This document shows, piece after piece, positions 10,037-19,899 of a stretch of DNA of 64,000 nucleotides. The notes under the pieces were generated by a model that was given only the letters and a program-made list of their open reading frames with translations, had not been told where the DNA came from and did not search any database. The stretch's first letter is position 1; each line of letters opens with the position of its first letter. Both the position numbers and the translations under genes were made by a program. Source of the stretch: Elusimicrobiaceae bacterium. Lineage in GTDB: Bacteria > Elusimicrobiota > Elusimicrobia > Elusimicrobiales > Elusimicrobiaceae. Where the stretch lies: the NCBI GenBank assembly GCA_017961585.1, contig JAGCWX010000020.1, positions 150,310-214,309 of the forward strand. Direction: 5' to 3'.

Positions 10037-11251
10037 TTACCACATATCTATCCATTCCAAACATTCTGTCCCGTCATATTCGTAACAGGAACGCGCGCCG
10101 ATTGGATCTCCGTTTTCATCATAAGATGTTTCTACGCCATAGCTATACTGCGTACATGTTTGGCCGTCGTAGCTGGTACATGACTGGTAGACAGTCATGT
10201 TCCTATCGGAATCATAAGAATATTCTTCGCCATATTCATACTCTGTACACGTTTGGCCTTCGTAGTTGGCACACCTGCGCATGGCAGTCATGTTTCCACT
10301 GGGATCATAGAAATGTTCTTCATTATAGTCGTTATACTGCGCGCACACATTCCCGGAGTAAGATTCACAAACACGTAACGAAACGATCCTTCCGCCTTCT
10401 CCGTCTTCCTCTTCGTTGACTTCTAATTTGACATCTTGGTATGACTGGCAATCAACTTCTCCTTCTCCGCCGCAAGCGATGTTATCAGACAAAGATTCTC
10501 CGCCCTGCGGGCCGGCCAAAATTATTGCACAGTTATGGGGCGTCCCGTTGGACACCTGACATTCGTAGCCCGAAGTAAACTGACCGTTTTCATAATGAGA
10601 TTCTGATGCTGTCCAGCTCACACAATCGTCTCCGTCGTATTCCTCACATACCCCTCTGGACACTACGTCCCCGTTGCTATAATAACAGGTTTCTCCGCCA
10701 CCGTCAAAATAATCACAGCGCAACTGTGTCCGTTCGCCACTGTTTTGGGAGGAGCCGCCACCCACAGTGCCGGTGCTATTGCCACTTAACAAATAGAGTA
10801 AATATTCCCCGGCTGTAACAGGGTCCGCCTGGGCACCTTCCGCCACACATAAGGATTTGGCGGCGTTATCGGTAGCGAGGGCTTCACAATAAACATTGTT
10901 GGCAAAGTTTTCGCTGTGGGCCAAATACATCGTGTAGCTGTTGTTTAATTTATCGTGATTAACGCGCACATAATCGTGCCCGTCCGTTTCGCTTAATTCC
11001 ACATCTACCCCTTCCGGGATATCTATAACCAAGCCGGGTAATTCGTCCTCTTCCGCATAGTAGCCGTGTTCTTCAAAATAAAATTCTTGCGCATCTTTGA
11101 CCGCTTTTGCAATCGGTTTTAAAGAAGCGAAGCGGCTTTTCATAACCGCCTTTTGGTATTGTGGCAAGGCCACCGCCGCCAAAACACCGATAATTAACAC
11201 AACTACTAATAATTCAATAAGCGTAAACGCTCTGGCTGTTTTTAAGTGCAT
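10037..11251 (-). CDS. Type IV pilin-like protein with acidic Cys-rich C-terminal repeats
   Basis: [29 protein letters not shown] prepilin N-terminus; SD AAGGAG; C-terminal CxxYxGxxC repeats. Confidence 0.85.
   Translation of the reverse strand: MHLKTARAFTLIELLVVVLIIGVLAAVALPQYQKAVMKSRFASLKPIAKAVKDAQEFYFEEHGYYAEEDELPGLVIDIPEGVDVELSETDGHDYVRVNHDKLNNSYTMYLAHSENFANNVYCEALATDNAAKSLCVAEGAQADPVTAGEYLLYLLSGNSTGTVGGGSSQNSGERTQLRCDYFDGGGETCYYSNGDVVSRGVCEEYDGDDCVSWTASESHYENGQFTSGYECQVSNGTPHNCAIILAGPQGGESLSDNIACGGEGEVDCQSYQDVKLEVNEEEDGEGGRIVSLRVCESYSGNVCAQYNDYNEEHFYDPSGNMTAMRRCANYEGQTCTEYEYGEEYSYDSDRNMTVYQSCTSYDGQTCTQYSYGVETSYDENGDPIGARSCYEYDGTECLEWIDMW
10040..10369 (-). repeat. About 3.5 tandem 31-32 aa repeats (CxxYxGxxC...YDxxG/RN)
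   Basis: CESYSGNVC..YDPSGN / CANYEGQTC..YDSDRN / CTSYDGQTC..YDENGD / CYEYDGTEC. Confidence 0.85.
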
Positions 11252-11378
11252 TTAAAAATTCTCCTTTCTTACTATCTTACGGTTTATTATAGCAAAAAAT
11301 TTGTAAAAACAGGGTTGCTTTCCCGGCGTTTGGGCCGAGTTAAGCCAAGCATCCCCCAAATTTGCTACCATACTTAGT

Positions 11379-12518
11379 ATGAACCGCGACATCTTATCCC
11401 TTGATTTTTATGGTGAAGGCATTACAGCGGCGTTGGCCTCGCTGGACGAGCGAACCGACACGCTACGCATCCGCCATATTGTGCGCCAACCTTGCCGTGC
11501 TTTATCGGGCGCGTTTGTGCGGGATATATCCGGTGCGCGGGATGCCTTAAGCCACGTTCTGACGGAAATGGACCCCTATATGCAGGGGAGTGTGTCGGTA
11601 GTGGTGGGCGTACGCGGAAGTTTTTTATCCTTTCGGCGTGGAACGGGATTTATCAACCCGGCAGCGCGCAACCACATCATCCACGAATCCGACATTGAAG
11701 AAGTGATCCACGCCTCTTTACCCAGTAATTTGTCCGAATCTTTGGAAGTGGTAGATATTTACCCTCAATCTTATACCATTGACGACCAAGCCGGCGTGAT
11801 TGACCCGTGCGGTATGCAGGGATATTGCTTGGAAGCGCAAACCTTTATTTCCCTGGGGGTGGGCAGCCATTTAGCCAATTTGAACCACGTGCTTTCCGCC
11901 TGCGGGTGCGAAGATTATTTGCTTTTGCCGACGGTGCTAGCATTAGGGGAAACCGTTTTGACTCCCACCGAAAAAGCCGCCACCGCACTGCTTGTGGACA
12001 TTGGGGAAAGCGGAACTTCGGCGTTGTTATATCACAAAGATATGCTTTTAGAAGCGTGGGAATTGCCTTGCAGTTTAGAACAAACCGCCGAAGAAGTGGC
12101 CGATTTGCTGCAAAACGATATTGCCACCGCCCGCCAGCTTTTGCGCACGTACGAGCCGGACCCGGTGATGGACGAGCTTTTGGAAGATGCCTGCGCCCCC
12201 ATGGTGCAAGCGTTACATAAAGAGTTGGTTCATTCGCTTAATTACATCCAACATCCCCCCACTCACTTAATTTTGTGCGGACAAGGGGCCAACACGGTTT
12301 TTCTGCGCGTACTAAAAAACAAATTGGCTACCCGCAAGGCCCGGCTGTGCAGCTTTGACCACCTCATTGCCGATTGCGATGCCGATCTGCCCGTTTATAA
12401 CGGTGCGCTAGCACTGTTGGACCACGCCCTCACGCGCGAGCAAAACCAACTGGGTGTTGCCCAAGTAAAGCAAGAAGGAATCCTGGGTAAATTATTTAGC
12501 AAATTTGGGCTGAATTAA
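11379..12518 (+). CDS. FtsA-like paralogue (second, stand-alone, degenerate ATPase motifs)
   Basis: Colinear with ftsA 38167-39414 including the 1C subdomain (SYTIDDQAGVIDPCGMQG vs GYCVDKQRGIQNPEGMEG) and a C-terminal amphipathic helix GILGKLFSKFG. Confidence 0.8.
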   Translation: MNRDILSLDFYGEGITAALASLDERTDTLRIRHIVRQPCRALSGAFVRDISGARDALSHVLTEMDPYMQGSVSVVVGVRGSFLSFRRGTGFINPAARNHIIHESDIEEVIHASLPSNLSESLEVVDIYPQSYTIDDQAGVIDPCGMQGYCLEAQTFISLGVGSHLANLNHVLSACGCEDYLLLPTVLALGETVLTPTEKAATALLVDIGESGTSALLYHKDMLLEAWELPCSLEQTAEEVADLLQNDIATARQLLRTYEPDPVMDELLEDACAPMVQALHKELVHSLNYIQHPPTHLILCGQGANTVFLRVLKNKLATRKARLCSFDHLIADCDADLPVYNGALALLDHALTREQNQLGVAQVKQEGILGKLFSKFGLN

Positions 12519-12536
12519 CCTGTAAAATTGGCACGC

Positions 12537-12566
12537 AAAACCCCCGGCCTTGGCCGGGGGTTTTTT
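12537..12566. terminator. Bidirectional terminator between ftsA-like gene and typA
   Basis: aaaacccccggcc-tt-ggccgggggtttttt. Confidence 0.8.
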
Positions 12567-12586
12567 ATTTTATGAGCAAGAATAAT

Positions 12587-14428
12587 TTATGCTTCTTCTT
12601 CGGCCTCTTCGGCACGTTCCGTGCGTTTACGTACCAAGTGCGACAAAATCTTCTTGCGAAGCCGTAACGATTTAGGCGTAATTTCCACCAATTCATCGGG
12701 CGCGATATATTCCACGGCTTGTTCCAAGCTCATTTGGCGCGGCGGCGTTAAAACGTAAGATTCGTCGCTGGCTTTGCTACGCATATTGCTTAAATGTTTG
12801 GCTTTACAGGGGTTGACCACCAAGTCGTTAGCGCGGGAATTTTGCCCCACAATTTGGCCGGCGTATACTTTCTCGCCGGGGCCTAAGAAAAGCTCGCCAT
12901 TGTTTTCCAAGGCATACAAGGCATAAGGAGTGGTTTCGCCATCTTCTTTGGCGATTAAAACCCCGTTGTGGCGCAAGTCGGCCAGGTCCGCCTTCGGATA
13001 ATATCCCTTAAAACTGTGGTGCATAATACCCGTGCCACGTGTGCTGGTTAAAAGCTCGTTCTTAAAACCAATCAGTGCGCGAGACGGAATTAAATATTCC
13101 AAGCGCAAACGGTCTTCACCTTCGGTAACCATATTTTCAAGCTGCGCTGCGCGGGTGCCCAAAATGGTAAACACAGCCCCTTGATATTCACTCTTGATAT
13201 CCAAAATCAAGGATTCCATCGGCTCCAAAATTTTACCGTTTTCTTCCTTGTAAATTACTTCCGGGGAAGACACTGCTAACTCAAACCCTTCGCGGCGCAT
13301 ATTTTCAATTAAAATAGTTAAGTGCAACTCGCCGCGGCCGTATACCTTAAATTTGCCTTCGCCTTCTAGCTGTTCCACTTTGAGCCCTACGTTGGTTTGG
13401 GCTTCTTTTTCCAAACGATTTTTGAGGTGGCGGCTGGTAACAAATTTACCTTCGCGGCCGGAGAAGGGACTGTCGTTAACGAGGAAATCCATGGACATGG
13501 TCGGTGCATCAATGGTCAGCGGCGGCAACGGTTTTAGGGCATCGGGGCGGCAAATCGTATCGCCCACGTCCACGCCTTCCAACCCGGCAATGGACACAAT
13601 GTCCCCCGCCGTAGCACTTTCCACTTCCACTTTGCCTAGTCCTAAAAAGCGTTCAATTTTAGCGGCCTTGGCTTGCGTGGTGCTACCGTCCGGATGAATG
13701 AGTGCCACCGTTTGGCCTTTGCTGATGTTCCCCGCCAAGATACGGCCAATGCCCACGTGGCCCAAAAAGTTGTTGTAATCCAACATGGTTACTTGCATTT
13801 GCAACGGGGCATCCGGCTCGGCCTGCGGAGCGGGCACGTGCGACAAAATGGTATCCAAAATCGGCGCAATGTCTTTGCCCTGTTCTTCCATTTTTAAACT
13901 GGCCCAACCGGCCCGGCCGGAGGCGTAAATAATCGGGAAATCAAGCTGTTCGTCCGTGGCACCCAATTCCATAAATAGATTGAAAACTTCGTCCACCACT
14001 TCGCTGGGGCGGATATGTTCGCGGTCCATTTTGTTGATGACCACAATCGGCCGCAACCCCAACGCCAACGCTTTACGTAGCACAAAACGCGTTTGCGGCA
14101 TAGGGCCCTCCACGGCGTCCACCATCAAAATAGCCCCGTCCACCATTTTTAAAACACGTTCCACTTCGCTGCCAAAATCGGCGTGGCCGGGAGTATCTAC
14201 AATATTGATTGTGTGCCCTTTGTACCCGATAGAAGTACATTTAGCCAAAATGGTAATGCCGCGTTCGCGCTCCAAGGGGTTAGAGTCTAAAACGGTATCT
14301 TGGGCTTCGTCTTCTTTTACTTTGAACTCTCCGGCAAATTTTAGCAGAGAATCAACCACAGTGGTCTTTCCGTGGTCCACGTGCGCAATAATGGCCACGT
14401 TACGTACATCAGGGCGGGTATTATTCAT
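12587..14428 (-). CDS. typA: Translational GTPase TypA/BipA
   Basis: IAHVDHGKTT, ERGITI, DTPGHADF, GRGELHL, NPCKAKHLSNMRS. Confidence 0.97.
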   Translation of the reverse strand: MNNTRPDVRNVAIIAHVDHGKTTVVDSLLKFAGEFKVKEDEAQDTVLDSNPLERERGITILAKCTSIGYKGHTINIVDTPGHADFGSEVERVLKMVDGAILMVDAVEGPMPQTRFVLRKALALGLRPIVVINKMDREHIRPSEVVDEVFNLFMELGATDEQLDFPIIYASGRAGWASLKMEEQGKDIAPILDTILSHVPAPQAEPDAPLQMQVTMLDYNNFLGHVGIGRILAGNISKGQTVALIHPDGSTTQAKAAKIERFLGLGKVEVESATAGDIVSIAGLEGVDVGDTICRPDALKPLPPLTIDAPTMSMDFLVNDSPFSGREGKFVTSRHLKNRLEKEAQTNVGLKVEQLEGEGKFKVYGRGELHLTILIENMRREGFELAVSSPEVIYKEENGKILEPMESLILDIKSEYQGAVFTILGTRAAQLENMVTEGEDRLRLEYLIPSRALIGFKNELLTSTRGTGIMHHSFKGYYPKADLADLRHNGVLIAKEDGETTPYALYALENNGELFLGPGEKVYAGQIVGQNSRANDLVVNPCKAKHLSNMRSKASDESYVLTPPRQMSLEQAVEYIAPDELVEITPKSLRLRKKILSHLVRKRTERAEEAEEEA

Positions 14429-14531
14429 ATTGTTTTACGGTTTCCTAAAATAAAGATAATATATATTTTACAAAATATTGACGGCCGGTGCTTGCTTCAC
14501 ACCCGCCGTCCGTATTTGTTTATCCGACAAA

Positions 14532-15284
14532 TTATTTCGTTGGCGCATTGGCTTGGCGTTCTTGCACGTCTTCCGCCCAGGCATTGCCCATACTTTTGTT
14601 AAACGAGATAAAATTATCGTTTTGTAAATCCAACACTAACGCATCTTGCGGACGCAATTCATTACCGGCTACACGAATAACCAAAAACCCGGAACCCAGC
14701 GTGCGCGATTGAATGAGGGCGTGCTGTAAGGCCTCGCTCGCTTTTACAGGTTCTTTCACGGAAAGAGCGGCCAATTCTCTTAATTCATTAAATGTACGCA
14801 CAAAATCCCCCTGGAACCGTTCGCCATTGCCGTAGGCCGTTTCCAACAGTACACATAAGTGCTTCCCTTGCGAGTGATATTTATGCTTAAAATTTCTCCA
14901 ATCTACCGGGAAATTGCGGGAATACCCCGCAAACGAGGCCGGCGGCATTGCCTGCGGATGGACTATTTTTTTAGCAAGTTGACGGCCAATAGTAGACCCT
15001 AACAATTTGGTTTTATCCACCACATTTTCAAAACGTAAATGTTGCGCAGTACCTACCACGGAGGACCCTCTTAACGCTTCCCTGCCTACTTGTTTATTGG
15101 GCACAATGCAAGTGCGGCGGGCAATTCTTTTGCGCGAAAGCGGAGTGATTTTGCGCAGTTCATTCATTTGGTGCACTACTTTGGAAGCTTCGGCCCCTCG
15201 TTTGATGGCCCTCACATTAATTTGGGCTTGTGCCGATAGAGAAACCGCCACCAAAAGCGCCGTTAAAAGTACAATTTTTTTCAT
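14532..15284 (-). CDS. Secreted hypothetical protein
   Basis: Signal peptide MKKIVLLTALLVAVSLSAQA; SD upstream. Confidence 0.75.
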   Translation of the reverse strand: MKKIVLLTALLVAVSLSAQAQINVRAIKRGAEASKVVHQMNELRKITPLSRKRIARRTCIVPNKQVGREALRGSSVVGTAQHLRFENVVDKTKLLGSTIGRQLAKKIVHPQAMPPASFAGYSRNFPVDWRNFKHKYHSQGKHLCVLLETAYGNGERFQGDFVRTFNELRELAALSVKEPVKASEALQHALIQSRTLGSGFLVIRVAGNELRPQDALVLDLQNDNFISFNKSMGNAWAEDVQERQANAPTK

Positions 15285-15385
15285 GTTTTCTCCTCTAGTA
15301 AACGATCTTACTTATATTGTACCCAATGGCTTAAAACACTCACAAGGGTCAAAAGGCCTACAACTTGTGTAGGTCTTTTTGCATG

Positions 15386-15420
15386 CAAAATGGGCGGATG
15401 CCTTAACAGCACCCGCCCAA
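15386..15420 (-). terminator. Intrinsic terminator
   Basis: tgggcgggtgc/gcatccgccca stem (G-U on the minus strand) followed by Ts. Confidence 0.6.
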
Positions 15421-15437
15421 AATTTTGGTCAATAAAC

Positions 15438-15701
15438 TTACCGAGTGGACGAATGGGATTCTACTTGGTACGGAGATGTGAATAACGGTTTGCCAATCCC
15501 CTGCAAAAACAATACCCGCTGCCCGGGTTGATACAAAATGTAATAGCCCTTATTCCAAGCAGTCCAAATATTCAGGGCGGTTTCAGTTTCTTTGGCGGTG
15601 CGAATGGCGGCGGATTTGATAATTTCGGATTGGGCTTGAACGGTAACTGGAAGGGAACTACATAGAATACATAGGAAAAACACTTTTTTGGATAGTAACA
15701 T
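15438..15701 (-). CDS. Small secreted hypothetical protein (possibly a truncated gene)
   Basis: Signal-peptide-like N-terminus ending VQAQ; upstream TGCTACAAT and GGAGAG; only 87 aa. Confidence 0.5.
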   Translation of the reverse strand: MLLSKKVFFLCILCSSLPVTVQAQSEIIKSAAIRTAKETETALNIWTAWNKGYYILYQPGQRVLFLQGIGKPLFTSPYQVESHSSTR

Positions 15702-15821
15702 AATCTCTCTCCGGGTACGACTTGAAAGAATATCTCCTTACCCACATTGTAGCAAATTGATTAAAAAATACAAGTGCTTCATACAAGGGTTTTCCCCGTC
15801 AATAAAAATGTTAAAACAAAC

Positions 15822-15855
15822 AAAAATCCCTCAAGGAATTTCCCTTGAGGGATTT
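15822..15855 (-). terminator. Intrinsic terminator after GGGtGRT gene
   Basis: 13-bp stem aaatccctcaagg/ccttgagggattt. Confidence 0.75.
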
Positions 15856-15875
15856 AAAAATACCCGCTAAACTTA

Positions 15876-16871
15876 CTATTTAGCTTCCGCAACTGCCACA
15901 GCTACGGCTACCGTTGCACCTACCATCGGGTTGTTACCCATCCCGATTAAGCCCATCATTTCTACGTGGGCCGGCACGGAGGAAGAACCGGCAAATTGGG
16001 CATCGCTATGCATGCGGCCCATGGTGTCGGTCATCCCATAAGAGGCAGGGCCGGCGGCCATATTGTCCGGGTGCAAGGTGCGGCCTGTACCGCCACCGGA
16101 AGCGACGGAGAAATATTTTTTGCCGTTTTCGGTTGCCCATTTTTTATAGGTACCGGCTACCGGGTGCTGGAAGCGCGTCGGGTTGGTGGAGTTACCGGTG
16201 ATGGAAACGTCCACGCCTTCGTGGCGCATAATGGCTACACCTTCGTTAACGTCGTCGGCACCATAGCATTTTACTTTGGCGCGGTCGCCATTGGAGAAGG
16301 CCTTTTCGCTCACGATATTGAGCTTGCCGGTTTTGTAGTCATAAGCGGTTTCCACAGACGTAAAACCGTTAATGCGGGAAATGATATACGCGGCATCTTT
16401 GCCTAAACCGTTCAAGATTACGCGCAACGGTTCTTTGCGCACTTTGTTGGCGGTGCGGGCAATACCGATAGCCCCTTCGGCCGCGGCAAAACTTTCGTGC
16501 CCGGCCAAAAAGCAGAAGCACTTGGTTTCTTCGCGCAGTAACATCGCGCCCAAGTTCCCGTGCCCTAGACCTACGGCACGTTGATCCGCCACGGAACCGG
16601 GAATGCAGAAACTTTGCAAACCGATACCGATTTTTTCGGCGGCTTCCGCCGCAGTTTTGGCACCGGCTTTAAACGCAATGGCAGCACCTACCGTATAGGC
16701 CCATACAGCGTTTTCAAAAGCAATGGGTTGGATGCCTTTTACAATAGCTTCCACATCTACCCCTTTTTTGGTGCAGATTTCCTTGGCTTCTTCCAAGGAG
16801 GCAATGCCATATTCTTTTAACGTGGCATTGATTTTTTCAATTCTTCTTTCGTATCCTTCAAACGTTACCAT
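15876..16871 (-). CDS. GGGtGRT family protein (uncharacterised)
   Basis: Signature SVASGGGTGRTLHPDNM; start MVTFEGYERR with SD AGGAG. Confidence 0.9.
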   Translation of the reverse strand: MVTFEGYERRIEKINATLKEYGIASLEEAKEICTKKGVDVEAIVKGIQPIAFENAVWAYTVGAAIAFKAGAKTAAEAAEKIGIGLQSFCIPGSVADQRAVGLGHGNLGAMLLREETKCFCFLAGHESFAAAEGAIGIARTANKVRKEPLRVILNGLGKDAAYIISRINGFTSVETAYDYKTGKLNIVSEKAFSNGDRAKVKCYGADDVNEGVAIMRHEGVDVSITGNSTNPTRFQHPVAGTYKKWATENGKKYFSVASGGGTGRTLHPDNMAAGPASYGMTDTMGRMHSDAQFAGSSSVPAHVEMMGLIGMGNNPMVGATVAVAVAVAEAK

Positions 16872-16887
16872 AAAAATTCTCCTTGGG

Positions 16888-17589
16888 TTACTCTTTGCGC
16901 GGGTCAATTACTTTGACAGCTTCGTCAAAGCGGCCGTATTTGCTGACGTTTTTCTCAAACGCGGTTTTCGGATCTTCGCCTTTTTTGATAGCGTCCATCA
17001 TTTTGCCCAAGTTTACAAATTGGTATCCAATGATTTCGTTGTTTTTATCCAAACCGATTTTGAGCACATACCCTTCGGCCATTTCCAAATAGCGCGCGCC
17101 TTTGGCTTCGGTACCATACATGGTGCCGATTTGGCTGCGGTGGCCTTTACCCAAGTCTTCCATGCCGGCGCCGATCGGTAATCCGTCGTCCGAGAAAGCA
17201 CTTTGCGTGCGACCGTACACAATTTGCAAGAACAGCTCACGCATAGCAGTGTTGATTGCGTCGCACACGAGGTCAGAGTTTAAGGCCTCTAAAATGGTTT
17301 TACCGGGCAAAATTTCCGCGGCCATTGCGGCGGAGTGCGTCATGCCGGAGCAGCCCAGGGTTTCCACCAGGGCTTCTTTAATGACACCTTTTTTTACATT
17401 CAAGGTCAGTTTGCACGCACCTTGTTGCGGGGCACACCAGCCCACACCGTGCGTCAAGCCGCTAATATCGGTAATTTGTTTGGCTTTGACCCATTTCCCT
17501 TCTTCGGGGATCGGGGCCGGCTCATGCTTGGCGCCTTTGCAAACGCAGCACATGGCTTGTACTTCGGGGGTACATTTTTCACAGCTCAT
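16888..17589 (-). CDS. NifU/IscU-like Fe-S scaffold-family protein, partner of GGGtGRT
   Basis: GWCAPQQGACKLTLNV, ETLGCSGMTHSAAMA, LVCDAIN. Confidence 0.85.
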   Translation of the reverse strand: MSCEKCTPEVQAMCCVCKGAKHEPAPIPEEGKWVKAKQITDISGLTHGVGWCAPQQGACKLTLNVKKGVIKEALVETLGCSGMTHSAAMAAEILPGKTILEALNSDLVCDAINTAMRELFLQIVYGRTQSAFSDDGLPIGAGMEDLGKGHRSQIGTMYGTEAKGARYLEMAEGYVLKIGLDKNNEIIGYQFVNLGKMMDAIKKGEDPKTAFEKNVSKYGRFDEAVKVIDPRKE

Positions 17590-17662
17590 GAAAAGTCTCC
17601 TATAATAAGATTTATCAGCTATATTTTAGCATTTTTGGGGCTTTTGGGATAGCACGCCTGGA

Positions 17663-18574
17663 TTACTGAGCGATTTGTTGGGCTTTTTTATCGTAGGGGC
17701 GCACGGTTTGCGTTTGCAGATTGGCATACCACACGCCGCACGGGAAATCGGACGTGTTAAGATGCTGCGCATCAATGCCGGTGCGGGCCTTGGCGTGGCA
17801 AGTAACCAAGTAGCTACCGTCGGCCTGCAGCTGCGGCACAAACAAGCGCGAACTTAGCATAAACAGTGCATTTTGCGTGCGATAAGTTTTATTCATTTGA
17901 TAGAAATACGTATCAATTTGTGTGCCCACGCGGTTTTGCACCAGGGCTTTGGCGCGGGCGGCATTGATTTCCGGCGAAAGGGTAACCGTTTTTTTAGTGG
18001 TAGTAGTGACAACTACTGTCGTGTCTTTTTCAACTGGACTAGGACCGGGAGCTTGGGTGGGTACCACCATGGGTTGATAGCGTATTTGGTCGGCCAGTTC
18101 ACGCTCCCGCGCGATTTGCGCCAAACGTTTGGGGTCTTCCACTTCTTTATAAGAAAGTTTTACAAGCCCGTTGTTTTTGATAGCCCCCCGCGGCGAAACA
18201 GCCGCCCGCGTTACATTAACCAAATTAGAATGGGATACTTTAAGTGTAATTTTATCCGGCGAATATTTACGTGCGCGGCCGTACTCTTTAAGTTCCTGCT
18301 CAAAATTTTTATTAAAATCCAATACAATTTCGCTCCCTTCGCTACGCCAGCAACACGCCGTCACGCACGCTTTCTGCAAATCCAGTCGCTGGGCGGCCTC
18401 TTGCGGCCAAAAACGTAGTTTAAATTGCACGCAGGAATCGTATTGTTTCCCGTCAAAATCCACTCGCTTACCCGGGATTTCAATCCACGGTTTGGTGGTG
18501 GCTACGCCTGAATTATTCAACGGGGTATAGCACCCGGCACATAAAATGATTGCGAAGAAAACCACTTTTTTCAT
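17663..18574 (-). CDS. Lipoprotein, hypothetical
   Basis: Lipobox in MKKVVFFAIILCAGC. Confidence 0.75.
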   Translation of the reverse strand: MKKVVFFAIILCAGCYTPLNNSGVATTKPWIEIPGKRVDFDGKQYDSCVQFKLRFWPQEAAQRLDLQKACVTACCWRSEGSEIVLDFNKNFEQELKEYGRARKYSPDKITLKVSHSNLVNVTRAAVSPRGAIKNNGLVKLSYKEVEDPKRLAQIARERELADQIRYQPMVVPTQAPGPSPVEKDTTVVVTTTTKKTVTLSPEINAARAKALVQNRVGTQIDTYFYQMNKTYRTQNALFMLSSRLFVPQLQADGSYLVTCHAKARTGIDAQHLNTSDFPCGVWYANLQTQTVRPYDKKAQQIAQ

Positions 18575-18610
18575 ACACTTTATTATAATAAGTTTTTTTA
18601 GGAGCGTTCC

Positions 18611-19858
18611 ATGGAATTTATTTTATTCTATATTCAAAAGATCCCAAATTTTCCGGTCCACTATCACACGCTAACAGCCCAAGTGATTTCGGCTATTGTG
18701 TTTGTGGCCTTGCTCTATTTATTGGTGCGTGTGTTTATATGGATTTGCAACAATTACCTTTCACGCCTGGTTAAATTTTTTAAAGCGGAAAAATGGTTCA
18801 ATGCTCTTACCGAAAAAGGATTTTTTACCGCACTGGGGATTGTGATTGCCGCTTTGGCCGCGATTGATTTCCACCCGATTTTTATCTCGGAGCAAATCGG
18901 CTGGATTACCACGCTAATGGAAAAAGTGACCGGGCTGTTTGTACTGATTAGCTTTTCTTATTTGGGGTTCACCATTTTAAATACGCTTGATAAGCTCTAC
19001 GGGCGCAATCCGAAAATCCCGATAAAAGGGCTGGTGCAGGTGTTTAAAATCCTATTGTTTCTGGTTACGCTGTTGCTCTTGATTTCGCTGCTGCTTGGGC
19101 GAAAACCTCTCTATATTATTACTGGATTGTCTGCTTTAGCCGCGGTATTCTCGTTGATTTTTAAAGACCCCATTTTGGGCTTTGCCGCCAGCATCCAGCT
19201 GACGATGAATAACCTGATTAAAATTGGCGACTGGATTACCGTGGACTCGGCCGGGGCCGATGGAAACATTTTGGATATTTCATTGACCAGTGTGCGCGTG
19301 CAGAACTTTGACATGACCATTGTCAGCGTGCCCACTTACGACCTGATTTCCAAACCGTTTAAAAACTGGAGCGGCATGTACGAAGCCAAGGCCCGACGTA
19401 TCAAACGCAGCATTTTAATTGATGTAGACACCGTGAAATTTTTGGACGCAGAAATGTTGGCGCGCCTTAAAAAAATTGAACTTTTAAAAGATTATTTAGA
19501 AGGAAAAGAAAAAGAAATTATTGACTATAACGCCCAGCACAACGTACACGAAAATGTGATTAACGGCCGGCATTTAACCAACTTGGGCACCTTCCGCCAC
19601 TACGCGGAAGAGTACCTAAAATCGCGTCCGTTCATCACACAGGCAGACCCCGGGTTTACCTTAATGGTGCGCCAACTGCCGCCCAATGCGCAAGGAATTC
19701 CCCTAGAAGTGTACTGTTTTACCAACACAACGGCGTGGACCCAGTACGAGAATTACCAATCGGACATTTTTGACCATTTATTTGCGGTCCTGCCCGAGTT
19801 TGGCTTATACGCCTACCAACAACCCAGCGGAAGGAATTTAAGCAAATTAATAAAATAA
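18611..19858 (+). CDS. MscS-family mechanosensitive channel (YbdG-like)
   Basis: Several TMs, FKDPILGFAASIQL, GDWI, NWSGM, GRRIKRS-like ARRIKRS, GIPLEVYCF, QSDIFDH. Confidence 0.9.
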   Translation: MEFILFYIQKIPNFPVHYHTLTAQVISAIVFVALLYLLVRVFIWICNNYLSRLVKFFKAEKWFNALTEKGFFTALGIVIAALAAIDFHPIFISEQIGWITTLMEKVTGLFVLISFSYLGFTILNTLDKLYGRNPKIPIKGLVQVFKILLFLVTLLLLISLLLGRKPLYIITGLSALAAVFSLIFKDPILGFAASIQLTMNNLIKIGDWITVDSAGADGNILDISLTSVRVQNFDMTIVSVPTYDLISKPFKNWSGMYEAKARRIKRSILIDVDTVKFLDAEMLARLKKIELLKDYLEGKEKEIIDYNAQHNVHENVINGRHLTNLGTFRHYAEEYLKSRPFITQADPGFTLMVRQLPPNAQGIPLEVYCFTNTTAWTQYENYQSDIFDHLFAVLPEFGLYAYQQPSGRNLSKLIK

Positions 19859-19885
19859 AAATAGGGGCCCCAAAAGGCCCCTTTT
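19858..19885. terminator. Terminator between convergent mscS-like gene and trxB
   Basis: aggggcc-ccaaaa-ggcccct with flanking A/T tracts. Confidence 0.6.
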
Positions 19886-19899
19886 ATAATAAGGCATGA

